UHGV virus genome: UHGV-0392850
Source of the DNA: a virus
Length of the DNA stretch: 34,823 bases
Reading direction: 5' to 3' (one strand)
The translations under genes and the position numbers were made by a program. The notes beneath the pieces were generated by a model, which ran no database searches, was not told the DNA's origin, and worked only from the letters and a program-made list of their open reading frames with translations. Positions 1 through 7,955 of the stretch are shown piece by piece (the stretch's first letter is position 1; each line of letters begins with the position of its first letter).

Positions 1-133
1 TTTCGCCTGAACACCACTTCATTCCTTGCTTATGCATTCTTTCGCAAAAGTCTTTCGCTTCCTCTTCTGTCTTGCAGTGTACTGCAATCTTATTTTCTTC
101 ATTTTTAAATTCATCCCAGTTAAATTTTCTCAT
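1..133 (-). CDS. hypothetical protein, N-terminal part only (C-terminus lies beyond the window start)
   Basis: The minus-strand ORF MRKFNWDEFKNEENKIAVHCKTEEEAKDFCERMHKQGMKWCSGE... runs off the left edge. Its ATG is at 131-133, preceded by a GTGAGGTAGGA RBS. Confidence 0.4.
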   Translation of the reverse strand, partial: MRKFNWDEFKNEENKIAVHCKTEEEAKDFCERMHKQGMKWCSGE

Positions 134-138
134 ATTTC

Positions 139-330
139 CTACCTCACTATCTTTCGCACAATCCAATCTAAAAACACCACAAATAGCAGTATTGGGAATC
201 CTCCAGCCAGAAGGTAATCTGCTCCTTCAAGTTCTACTTCCTCTTCGATTCCTGTTTTTAAAGTAATCACGGTTCCTAGCCCCAATATGTAGTACAGAGC
301 CAGGAATGCGATTGTGATTAAAATGTCCAT
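139..330 (-). CDS. small membrane protein (63 aa)
   Basis: An internal ATG at 328-330 has a GGAGGT RBS 5 nt upstream and is followed by the hydrophobic helix ILITIAFLALYYILGLGTVI. The track ORF 139..399 uses a weaker upstream start. Confidence 0.45.
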   Translation of the reverse strand: MDILITIAFLALYYILGLGTVITLKTGIEEEVELEGADYLLAGGFPILLFVVFLDWIVRKIVR

Positions 331-331
331 G

Positions 332-811
332 TTATACCTCCTTGTATGGTTCTGGAAGTGGCTGCCATGCGATAACACATTTATCCTCAAACAGTTCATA
401 ATGGATTCCGCTTATATGCCTTGAAAATTTAAACTTGCCATCATAAATATCAAACAAGCCCTGATATCGTCTGTTCCCATCATCGAGAATGAATCTGCCA
501 TCATCTTTAAGAAATTCTTCTTTTGTAGGCATCCTTTCCTCCACCGGAATCCAGCCGTCATTCTTTCCATCTTTATATCCTATCTGATACCATTTTCTCC
601 GGCTGCATTTCTCGTGCAAATTATTGTTATCCATGTGCTTGCGGATGATATCTCTCACAACCGCAAGTTCATGCACTTTTATTTGTTCAATATCAACCTC
701 GGTATAGCACTGGGTCAAGGGTTCTCGTGCCACCAATTCATAGGCTTTATTTTTGTGCTTTTCGATCAGTCCCTTTATCTCTTCCAAGATCTTCTCTAGT
801 ACGTTCTCCAT
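332..811 (-). CDS. phage protein with DUF551-like C-terminal region (GWIPVEERMP motif)
   Basis: 159-aa ORF. The C-terminal W-I-P-V-E-E-R-(M/L)-P pattern resembles DUF551 phage proteins. It sits in the early region. Confidence 0.4.
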   Translation of the reverse strand: MENVLEKILEEIKGLIEKHKNKAYELVAREPLTQCYTEVDIEQIKVHELAVVRDIIRKHMDNNNLHEKCSRRKWYQIGYKDGKNDGWIPVEERMPTKEEFLKDDGRFILDDGNRRYQGLFDIYDGKFKFSRHISGIHYELFEDKCVIAWQPLPEPYKEV

Positions 812-823
812 TATTCCACTCTC

Positions 824-1147
824 CTAAAATCCTATATCATCTAAGAAAAAACCAATTTCTTCTTCAAATTCTTCTTTTTCAATACCATAATCTTCAAGCA
901 TTTCTTCTAATGGAAATACTTCAGACAGTTTTTTCATTAAGTATTCTGCTATTCCCTCTGTATCATATTCTTCGACAATAGTATCTTTCTGTAAAGGTTG
1001 AATCATTCCATCTTTTAAATGATGTGCAAATTCGTCAGCTCCAATAATTATTTTATTCCCTTTTGGAATAATTACTTTTTCTCCAAACATCTTCTCTACT
1101 TCTATATCACAATTTGATGTTAGGATTTGACCTATTTTGTATTTCAT
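824..1147 (-). CDS. small highly acidic protein (candidate DNA mimic or anti-restriction protein)
   Basis: 107 aa. The C-terminal half is dominated by Glu/Asp (EEYDTEGIAEYL...EEMLEDYGIEKEEFEEEIGFFLDDIGF). It abuts the Lar-like gene with an ATGA overlap. Confidence 0.45.
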   Translation of the reverse strand: MKYKIGQILTSNCDIEVEKMFGEKVIIPKGNKIIIGADEFAHHLKDGMIQPLQKDTIVEEYDTEGIAEYLMKKLSEVFPLEEMLEDYGIEKEEFEEEIGFFLDDIGF

Positions 1148-1374
1148 TTATTCCATCTCCTATTCCATGCTTCGATTGCATTTATTTTGCAAGTATTAAT
1201 ACTATTTAGTGCGTTGTCTGCATTTTGCATACTAGGACAATATCCTTCTGCTTTTGCATAACATTTTTTGCATTCACACCAAATAGTCCAACCAACATTA
1301 TTTTTTCTTTCCATTTTTATTCTTGCTTCTCCACCACAAAACGGGCATTTCTTTAATTCTTCCATGTTACTCAC
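1144..1374 (-). CDS. Lar-family-like zinc-ribbon protein (putative restriction alleviation)
   Basis: The N-terminus EELKKCPFCGGEA, followed by C..C...C, resembles the LKPCPFCG signature of Lar-type restriction alleviation proteins. 76 aa. Confidence 0.5.
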   Translation of the reverse strand: MSNMEELKKCPFCGGEARIKMERKNNVGWTIWCECKKCYAKAEGYCPSMQNADNALNSINTCKINAIEAWNRRWNK

Positions 1375-1678
1375 TCCAATCTAATCTCTGTCCACAATGA
1401 TTGCAGCAATCAGAATCCCAATAACAAAACATTTCTATATCTGCCATATTTCCAAACAGTCTTTTGCATCTAGGACACGACGCTTGTCCATTCCAGTTTT
1501 CTACTTTCTTCGGCAACTGCTTTTCTAATGCTTCGATTGCTACTAGAAATGCATCGACATAATTGTTATAATCACTTCTTTCTCTCGTTTTCTGCGGAAG
1601 TGAGCGCAATGTTGCATTGTACGCATCTCGCATTTTGTGTATTCTTTCTATCGCTTCTCTAACTTTCTTCTCATCCAT
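1367..1678 (-). CDS. hypothetical protein with C-terminal Cys-rich zinc-finger-like motif
   Basis: 103 aa with a helical N-terminus and the C-terminal motif CPRCKRL...CYWDSDCCNHCGQ. It overlaps its neighbours (translational coupling). Confidence 0.45.
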   Translation of the reverse strand: MDEKKVREAIERIHKMRDAYNATLRSLPQKTRERSDYNNYVDAFLVAIEALEKQLPKKVENWNGQASCPRCKRLFGNMADIEMFCYWDSDCCNHCGQRLDWSE

Positions 1679-1853
1679 CTAATTTTCCTCCCGTTATTTC
1701 CAACCATAAACCACTCTCTCCATCTTTTTCGTAGAGAAAATCTGTCTCTATCCCGCAGACCGCCAACTCATTCATTGTCCTCACGCAATCCTCTGCATCA
1801 GCGCATTTGATCGTGTCACCTTTTCGCAAGCATGTTTCTTTCACTTTTGGCAT
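1671..1853 (-). CDS. hypothetical small protein
   Basis: 60-aa ORF, tightly coupled to both neighbours. Confidence 0.4.
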   Translation of the reverse strand: MPKVKETCLRKGDTIKCADAEDCVRTMNELAVCGIETDFLYEKDGESGLWLEITGGKLDG

Positions 1854-1999
1854 TAGTCATTCCTCCTACACCTCATATCTTTACAAAAATACAATTCCGT
1901 CCCTCTCTTTGTCTTTACACACTCAAAATCTCCGATAATTTCCCGTCCGCAGGAAGAACAGATATGTACTTCATTTTTCTTCGGATTCTCTTTTTTCAT
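1853..1999 (-). CDS. small Cys4 zinc-ribbon protein (48 aa); not in the ORF track because it is under 60 aa
   Basis: Translation MKKENPKKNEVHICSSCGREIIGDFECVKTKRGTELYFCKDMRCRRND*. The ATG is at 1997-1999. Its stop TAA overlaps the start of 1671..1853 as TAATG. Confidence 0.4.
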   Translation of the reverse strand: MKKENPKKNEVHICSSCGREIIGDFECVKTKRGTELYFCKDMRCRRND

Positions 2000-2002
2000 A
2001 AC

Positions 2003-2320
2003 CTACTGTAAATACCTCCGCATTAATATCTGGTTTGGATTCGACATCGCCCTGTTGAGCCGGCAACTGGTCCGCACCCAGCCCTCGTGAAACTCCATGT
2101 AATTTGCAATGTTTCCAAAGATATCCTTGACCGAAGCTTCCTGTTTCTTTGACTCAGGCAGCATATCATTGTCTTTTAAAAAGTTTTTAAACGTTTCAAT
2201 GCTCGCATCTATTCCGCTCTCTTCGCTTATTGCTGCATAGATGTTCTGGATCGTAAATCCATTTTCAATCATGTGTTGGATGGTCTTTATGTGCGGCTTA
2301 TATAGCTTTCTTTTATTCAT
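2003..2320 (-). CDS. hypothetical protein (possible DNA-binding)
   Basis: 105-aa ORF with a helix-rich N-terminus (KTIQHMIENGFTIQNIYAAISEESGID). Confidence 0.4.
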   Translation of the reverse strand: MNKRKLYKPHIKTIQHMIENGFTIQNIYAAISEESGIDASIETFKNFLKDNDMLPESKKQEASVKDIFGNIANYMEFHEGWVRTSCRLNRAMSNPNQILMRRYLQ

Positions 2321-2524
2321 TTAACCCTCTTCTTTCATTTTGTTGATAACCGGCGTCCACGTGATTGCCAAGTTTTTGCAGAAATTCAACATAGTATGAT
2401 CATCCCTGTACTTCTCAATAATCCCATCGACATCTGCATTGTATTGACTCATTGAGCCGGTACCCTTATAATTTTTATACGCTTTCCAGAACAAATTCTG
2501 GATATCTGTTATTTTTTCGTGCAT
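2321..2524 (-). CDS. hypothetical small protein
   Basis: 67-aa ORF abutting 2003..2320. Confidence 0.4.
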   Translation of the reverse strand: MHEKITDIQNLFWKAYKNYKGTGSMSQYNADVDGIIEKYRDDHTMLNFCKNLAITWTPVINKMKEEG

Positions 2525-2538
2525 ACACTACCCTCTTC

Positions 2539-2750
2539 GTAACAAAGCAACAAAATTTTTCTTCCGGTAACAAAAGTCTGTTACCCTATCAAACCCGCAT
2601 GGTTGACAGGTTTTTGAGGTTGGTAACAAAAGTAACAATGATTTTTACCCTATATAGGGACTTCATATTTTTGAATTTCTCACATTTTTATTCCGTATAT
2701 ATAGCGCGATTTCCTGTTGTTACTTTTGTTACTTGTTACCTTATCGTAAC
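2539..2750. repeat. iteron-like array of GTAACA/TGTTAC half-sites around an AT-rich stretch (putative replication origin or protein-binding array)
   Basis: GTAACAAAG at 2539-2547. Palindrome GGTAACAaaagtcTGTTACC at 2566-2585. Direct pair GGTAACAAAAGTAACAA at 2622-2638. Perfect palindrome CCCTATATAGGG at 2648-2659. AT-rich run at 2660-2700. Inverted copy GTTACTTTTGTTAC at 2719-2732, followed by TTGTTACC and CGTAAC. Confidence 0.5.
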
Positions 2751-2912
2751 TTTTCTGCCCCGATATTCCACTGAAATCACATCATTCGGCGACGAATTTT
2801 TGAATTTTTCCAGCACCTCATTTAATATTGCATTTATCGGAACTCCATTCCTGAACGCCATGCATTCAATAAAATCATAGTTTTCATCACTAATCCTCAC
2901 AATTTTTGACAT
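2736..2912 (-). CDS. small ribbon-helix-helix-like protein (58 aa); not in the ORF track
   Basis: Translation MSKIVRISDENYDFIECMAFRNGVPINAILNEVLEKFKNSSPNDVISVEYRGRKVTIR*. The beta-strand then two-helix pattern looks like an RHH fold. An AAGAGGAGG RBS lies 7 nt upstream of the ATG at 2910-2912. The 3' end overlaps the iteron array. Confidence 0.4.
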   Translation of the reverse strand: MSKIVRISDENYDFIECMAFRNGVPINAILNEVLEKFKNSSPNDVISVEYRGRKVTIR

Positions 2913-2926
2913 TGTATTTCCTCCTC

Positions 2927-4795
2927 TTAACTAAAAGGTAGCTTTTCTTGTGTTTCATCGATGCTTTCAAACCCATCATTATCCGTATTTCCTTTCGATT
3001 CAAGTTGCAAAAACACGCATCTCGCCGCTCTTCCGTCTATCTTTTTCAGCTTTGTTGGGTTTCCCCTGCTGTCCTGCTGAATAACGCCTTTCTTTGCAGC
3101 CCATGACAGGAAGGACTTTTTTGAGAATTTCCCAGATTCGCAGATTTCCTTAAATGCCTGTCCGTAAATTACTGCGTACCCATCTTCAATAATTCCCCAT
3201 TTTTCACAATTTGAAGACACATCAAATCTCTGGCTGTTCATTGCGATTTTATCAAGGATATATTGGTAGCATCGCTCATTGTCAGACAGCTCATTTCGGT
3301 CTATAAGCACCTGCTTCGCTTCGTCTATCGAAATATACTGCCCATCTTTAAAAATCAGATCTGTGGCTATTTTATCGGCTGTCAGGACGATGGAAAGCGA
3401 AATACTCTGCTTCTGCATCTTATCCGTGTTAAATAATTCCTTCTGAAACTCTTTCTGGATAGAACGAATTTCATCTTCTCCCATTTCTTTGATGATTTCC
3501 ACGAACTTCTTGCCCGCATGTCCGTAATTCCGTTTTACCGTTTCCGCTGTCTTCTGAGGATCCTGATAAATCTTTTCACCACACTCAACCTCCAGAATTC
3601 TGTTGATCGCACCGCCCTGACTGACATAGCTGCTAAGCGGTCTCTCACCATTACAGATCATTACGTTCCGCCACCGATTCTCTCGATTGATTCCGAGGTC
3701 TTTGTTTGACCGGCTCTTTCCTTTTCCTGAACACAGATCATAAACAATTCCCTCGAAGTTATCCCTGATTCTCGCTGATGTTTTGCTTGTATCATCCAGA
3801 AACATTGGTAAATTATTTAACATATCCGCTTTCGCTTCCAGTGCAACATCCGTTGTTTTGAAGTCTCCAATATATCTACTTTCGTCTGGATTCGCCCACA
3901 CGGAAGCTGCGACCATTAAAGATACCGTCTTTCCTCCCTCTGTCTCTCCCCACAGATCGACAAAAAATGGAAGTCCGCCCAAGACATGAACTAGTACACT
4001 TGCGAATGATGCGGCCAATAGGAATTTCACTTCCATTCTTCCAGCTGCCCTCAGTTCTCGAACGTGATTCAACCACACATCGAAACTTCCATGCTCCGAC
4101 ACGCTTTCAAAGGTCTGCTTAAATCGATTATCCCCGTCAAAAATGATGTCTGTATCATAGGGGATAAACTGATCCTTGATCCACCCAAGTTTACTAGTGG
4201 AATACTGCACGTCTATGTAGTCATCATTTCCGTTTTCTACGTCCGCCAGATATTTAACCAGCAATTTTGCATTTTCTGACGTAACTGCAATCCCTCTTCC
4301 GGATAATGCCACGATCTTATTCGCTGATGTGATCATCGTTTTTGGAACCACAATATCGTGCCACTGGTTATTTCGCCTGTACGACAGTTTTATTTGCTCT
4401 TCCCCGGTCTCTAAGTTTCGCAGCCGCTCTACTGGTAGGATTGGGTGATAGCAAGCCACTTCATCAACCCTTCCGGAATTCTGTGCGAACACGCCGCGAT
4501 CATCCGCAATCCAGGCGCCGCAATACATACGATCGTGAGGTCCTGTGAAATTCGTATAGTTATCTACTGTGCAAACAGTTCTGTTTTCCCGTTCCTGTCT
4601 CTTCATTTCTCGGTCAGCCTGATTGTATCCTTTCAAAATCTCTTCAAAATCCGACTTGGCGCCCAGCTGTTTCGCTCTTCTGATGAGCTGCACTTTTGTC
4701 TTTGATCGGAGAATCGGATCTTCCATTTCAAATAATTCGATGAAAACTTCATCATCCAGTATGCTGTCTACATCGAATTCGTTCATTTCCCTCAT
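2927..4795 (-). CDS. replication protein, P-loop NTPase (DUF927/VirE/D5-like primase-associated helicase)
   Basis: 622 aa. Walker A-like GETEGGKTVS and Walker B-like LPMFLDD. It follows the CHC2 zinc-finger gene with an ATGA overlap. It ends ...ETQEKLPFS. Confidence 0.55.
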   Translation of the reverse strand: MREMNEFDVDSILDDEVFIELFEMEDPILRSKTKVQLIRRAKQLGAKSDFEEILKGYNQADREMKRQERENRTVCTVDNYTNFTGPHDRMYCGAWIADDRGVFAQNSGRVDEVACYHPILPVERLRNLETGEEQIKLSYRRNNQWHDIVVPKTMITSANKIVALSGRGIAVTSENAKLLVKYLADVENGNDDYIDVQYSTSKLGWIKDQFIPYDTDIIFDGDNRFKQTFESVSEHGSFDVWLNHVRELRAAGRMEVKFLLAASFASVLVHVLGGLPFFVDLWGETEGGKTVSLMVAASVWANPDESRYIGDFKTTDVALEAKADMLNNLPMFLDDTSKTSARIRDNFEGIVYDLCSGKGKSRSNKDLGINRENRWRNVMICNGERPLSSYVSQGGAINRILEVECGEKIYQDPQKTAETVKRNYGHAGKKFVEIIKEMGEDEIRSIQKEFQKELFNTDKMQKQSISLSIVLTADKIATDLIFKDGQYISIDEAKQVLIDRNELSDNERCYQYILDKIAMNSQRFDVSSNCEKWGIIEDGYAVIYGQAFKEICESGKFSKKSFLSWAAKKGVIQQDSRGNPTKLKKIDGRAARCVFLQLESKGNTDNDGFESIDETQEKLPFS

Positions 4796-5283
4796 TTCCT
4801 CACCTCTTCTCTGTTTAATATTTCATGCAAATATAACTGGTACTGCAACGCATTGCAGCAATCGCACCATACCTCGCTGAACGGTTCTGATTTATTCATA
4901 TAATCGCGGTACACATCAATCAGAACATTATTCAGCTCTCTTTTTTTTCGAAGCTTTTCCTCTTCTCGCTTTCTCTGTTCTGCCTTCTTCTGGCTCCTAT
5001 ATATTGCCAATTTCGACTGGAATGTTGGCTTTTCATAGGTTCCACCGAGATTCTGAAACGCTTCTTTGAAATCAACATGATCAATCAGCTGCACGAATGT
5101 AAAGATATCTCCACTTGCTCCGCATCCGAAACAATGGAAGCTGTCTGGGTAGATTTTTAATGATGCTCCCTTGTCTCCCTTGTGGAACGGGCAGTGGATG
5201 AACCCTGCCCGATTTACATGGAACCCATATCTTTCCACAATTTCCCTCATGCTGTATGAATGTTTAATCTCTTCTCTATTCAT
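4792..5283 (-). CDS. DnaG-type primase CHC2 zinc-finger domain protein
   Basis: CPFHKGDKGASLKIYPDSFHCFGCGASGDIFTFV matches the CHC2 zinc-finger signature of bacterial and phage primases. Confidence 0.65.
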   Translation of the reverse strand: MNREEIKHSYSMREIVERYGFHVNRAGFIHCPFHKGDKGASLKIYPDSFHCFGCGASGDIFTFVQLIDHVDFKEAFQNLGGTYEKPTFQSKLAIYRSQKKAEQRKREEEKLRKKRELNNVLIDVYRDYMNKSEPFSEVWCDCCNALQYQLYLHEILNREEVRK

Positions 5284-5794
5284 GTCTTTCGCTCAATAAC
5301 TCAATAATTTTCTTTCCGGTATCATTCTTCTCACAGAATTCAAACCTCACGTTGTACCGGTCCCTAATCGTGCAAAGGGACTTGTATAGCTGATTCCCAT
5401 CGACTGCTTTAGAAGATGCTACATACCTCTCCTTCTTTTCGTTCACAGTGCGCCATCGTACTTCATGTTTTCTTGGATTTTTCCAAAAATACACATCCTC
5501 GATGCTTTTAATATCCTTCCCGTGCTCAATCAGTATGATCAACTGTATTCCTGCATCCATAGCCTTAAGCAGCTCCCTTTTAAATCTTTCGTGCTGCTGA
5601 CAGACATTTCCGCACAACTCTTGGAGATTTTGCTTTCTGTCGATTATGAGCCGGGGATTGTCCAAAGACATGTAATCCCCAACTAATAATTTGCTGGAAA
5701 AATGCTTAACTCCATTATCATCAAAAGTCTTCACGATCTTCCGAATCGCCCTTGCTTTTTCCCTGCTGTCAATCTGTATATCCATCTGTCTCAC
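5276..5794 (-). CDS. ERCC4-type (XPF/Mus81/Hef-like) nuclease domain protein; candidate branched-DNA endonuclease
   Basis: IDSREK ... LLVGDY ... IIDRKQNLQEL fits the ERCC4 motif pattern VDxRE...GDY...(E/D)RK..DL. 172 aa. Confidence 0.45.
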   Translation of the reverse strand: MRQMDIQIDSREKARAIRKIVKTFDDNGVKHFSSKLLVGDYMSLDNPRLIIDRKQNLQELCGNVCQQHERFKRELLKAMDAGIQLIILIEHGKDIKSIEDVYFWKNPRKHEVRWRTVNEKKERYVASSKAVDGNQLYKSLCTIRDRYNVRFEFCEKNDTGKKIIELLSERHE

Positions 5795-5796
5795 CT

Positions 5797-6402
5797 CTAA
5801 TTAAATGGCAATTCTTCATCAATGCCATACGGAATATTCATAAATCCATCAGATCCGATCGGCGGCGCTGCTGCAGACGCTCCATTATTATCCTTGTATG
5901 CCTTTGTTTCGATTTCCGCAGGGATATCAGCGTCTTTCACTCCTTCTGCGCTTCTGAACCAGCGGAGTTGATGCTTTGCAATGTTCCTTCCATTGTAATA
6001 ATCATTTACAACGCCAAATACTGCTCCAACCAACTTGTTTTTAAAACATTCCGCAAATCCATCGCCCCAATTCACCACGAACCCCGGATTTGACTTCTCA
6101 ACAGATGTGATAAATGTCTTGAAAGATTTACTGCAGTCACCATTCTGATCCTCGGTTAAAATATATGTAGTTCCATTTGCCGGCCATTTCTTATCCGGTC
6201 TTATATCATCTCGAAACGCTTTTTCGAAATATCCAGGCTGGCTATCATTTTGTGCGAAGTCGAAAGACACCTTAATCATGTCTTTGTTTGTCTTTGATTT
6301 CATTTCCAGAATTTCCTTGATGATCAAGATATGTCCTCCAAGCTCTACCGGTGTAAATTCTCCCTGTACCTGTGTGTTGTCAAAATTATTTGGTTTCTGC
6401 AT
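5797..6402 (-). CDS. DUF669-like putative ssDNA-binding protein with an SSB-like acidic C-terminal tip (DEELPF)
   Basis: 201 aa, immediately downstream of the AAA_24 ATPase as in Sak4 modules. The C-terminus ...GIDEELPFN resembles the Firmicute SSB tip DDLPF. Confidence 0.45.
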   Translation of the reverse strand: MQKPNNFDNTQVQGEFTPVELGGHILIIKEILEMKSKTNKDMIKVSFDFAQNDSQPGYFEKAFRDDIRPDKKWPANGTTYILTEDQNGDCSKSFKTFITSVEKSNPGFVVNWGDGFAECFKNKLVGAVFGVVNDYYNGRNIAKHQLRWFRSAEGVKDADIPAEIETKAYKDNNGASAAAPPIGSDGFMNIPYGIDEELPFN

Positions 6403-7042
6403 TGTTTTCTCCTTCTTTTCCTAATCCGTAGTATTCTCTAATTTTCTTATCGACCAACAATAGGTCATTATCTATTGTTAAATCCTCAAACATTCCGATC
6501 GGAGATTTACTTACTGCTCCTTGGCTTGCTTGAGTGACAAACAAATGCTTTCCGCCTTCCTCAATGCATCTAAGCACTATCGTAAACATTCCTTCGATAC
6601 AAACTTTTTCATCGAGTAGCTTCCCGATGGTTTTTGGTTTCACTTCCCCTGCTTCGTCTTTTTCCTCGTGCATGATAATATACACGATTTTATTCTCTGG
6701 CACTTTTGTCACAATAAACTGGATTAAATTCCAGAAATAGTCTCCAATGTCGTTGTACAGGGAGAATACCCCATTTCCTTTTCCGGCTGAGCTGTGTCCC
6801 CTCATAAAATGATTTGTTATTAGATAGCCGGCATCGTCAATCACGATAGAATCCGCTTTTGATGCAATTAATAATTTCATGATCTGCTGGTAATCATCCG
6901 AAAACCATCCATTCACCTTCCCTTTAAATGGTAGCGGCTTATTAAGAACCCTGATAAGATTAAAGTCATCATTCTGACAGTTTCTCATACTGGTAGATTT
7001 CCCACTTCCTGATTTGCCAATAATTAATACTGGTGTTGCCAT
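6386..7042 (-). CDS. AAA_24 family ATPase (Sak4-like, RecA-fold recombination/annealing ATPase)
   Basis: The N-terminal Walker A motif PVLIIGKSGSGKST, ~220 aa size, a hhhhDE Walker B-like IYIIMHEE, and its position next to a DUF669 gene all fit. Confidence 0.6.
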   Translation of the reverse strand: MATPVLIIGKSGSGKSTSMRNCQNDDFNLIRVLNKPLPFKGKVNGWFSDDYQQIMKLLIASKADSIVIDDAGYLITNHFMRGHSSAGKGNGVFSLYNDIGDYFWNLIQFIVTKVPENKIVYIIMHEEKDEAGEVKPKTIGKLLDEKVCIEGMFTIVLRCIEEGGKHLFVTQASQGAVSKSPIGMFEDLTIDNDLLLVDKKIREYYGLGKEGENNAETK

Positions 7043-7045
7043 TTT

Positions 7046-7207
7046 TTATTCCTCCTTCATAATTCTCACAATATTCAAAAGTGCCTGCGTCAGATTTGCT
7101 ATATCCCTTGTCTGGTAATATGTATTCACCTCCCCATTCTCAATCATTCCGAGACGCTCATCCAACAGATCCTCAATTCTCTCCTTGCGCTGCTGCATCG
7201 TAATCAT
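7046..7207 (-). CDS. small hypothetical protein (53 aa); not in the ORF track
   Basis: Translation MITMQQRKERIEDLLDERLGMIENGEVNTYYQTRDIANLTQALLNIVRIMKEE*. Its ATG forms an ATGA overlap with the stop of 7204..7419. Its stop is embedded in the AGGAGGAATAAAAAATG RBS/start of the next gene. Confidence 0.4.
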   Translation of the reverse strand: MITMQQRKERIEDLLDERLGMIENGEVNTYYQTRDIANLTQALLNIVRIMKEE

Positions 7208-7419
7208 GGAGCCACCTCCTCATACACCCAATTTCCGGAAAAGTACCACAGCACAACTGTGACCACCGCCATGTAAAAACTCTCAGCTTCTTTCATGATC
7301 TGCATAAATGTTTCCTGTTCTCTTTCCGTACCATTGTTTATTCGTTCGCAGGCGTAAGAAAAGGCATCTTCGTCATGCACTTTCTTTCCTTTCTCTGGCC
7401 CGATACCTACATACATCAT
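7204..7419 (-). CDS. hypothetical small protein with C-terminal hydrophobic helix
   Basis: 71 aa with AVVTVVLWYFSGNWV at the C-terminus. It is coupled to its neighbours by 4-nt overlaps. Confidence 0.4.
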   Translation of the reverse strand: MMYVGIGPEKGKKVHDEDAFSYACERINNGTEREQETFMQIMKEAESFYMAVVTVVLWYFSGNWVYEEVAP

Positions 7420-7679
7420 TCGTCCTCCGTCTTGTCCACTGCCATTTCCAGCAATACCCCAACTAAAATGATTGCATTATCCAGCTCCGCGTCTGTTTCG
7501 ATACACTCAAGCAAATCAAAACCACCAGACGAGAATCCGTTCTCACATGCATACAAAGTTATTCTATGTCCATAATTCGAAAAGTCGATTCCTACGTACG
7601 GGAATCCGTCTACACCCTTTCCGCGTTCATGAATCTCAAGAATTAAGTCTAAAAGTTCATGCATTTTCTTTCTATCCAT
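7416..7679 (-). CDS. hypothetical protein
   Basis: 87-aa ORF with an AGGAGG RBS (revcomp of 7683-7688) 6 nt upstream of the ATG. Confidence 0.45.
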   Translation of the reverse strand: MDRKKMHELLDLILEIHERGKGVDGFPYVGIDFSNYGHRITLYACENGFSSGGFDLLECIETDAELDNAIILVGVLLEMAVDKTEDE

Positions 7680-7766
7680 TGCTTATCCTCCTAAAATCTG
7701 TTACTATATTCTTGATTTTTTGTCAGAGTACCTACGGCTCCCCAGCCTTTTTGTAGGTGCTCATTT

Positions 7767-7955
7767 TTAATACCCAAACACTAACCACCATCCGATCACC
7801 GCCATTCCGAACCCGATCACAGATGCTGTAACCTTGTGCCAGTAAGGCTTGTCCTCTTCTTCCGGCAGATCAACTGATACTGACCGGATATCCCAGCTAT
7901 TTAATGTGTTGGGCTGCTGAGTAGTCTGGCAGTGGTAGGTTCCTTTAATTTCCAT
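7767..7955 (-). CDS. small membrane protein
   Basis: 62 aa with a C-terminal TM segment VIGFGMAVIGWWLVFGY. Confidence 0.4.
   Translation of the reverse strand: MEIKGTYHCQTTQQPNTLNSWDIRSVSVDLPEEEDKPYWHKVTASVIGFGMAVIGWWLVFGY

Noticed and set aside
2452-2880. 142-aa plus-strand ORF across the helicase-downstream gap
   Set aside because: Low-complexity, F/L/S-rich translation of the antisense strand over the iteron/AT-rich region. It has no RBS and overlaps the better-supported minus-strand RHH-like ORF. It is a typical out-of-frame artefact.
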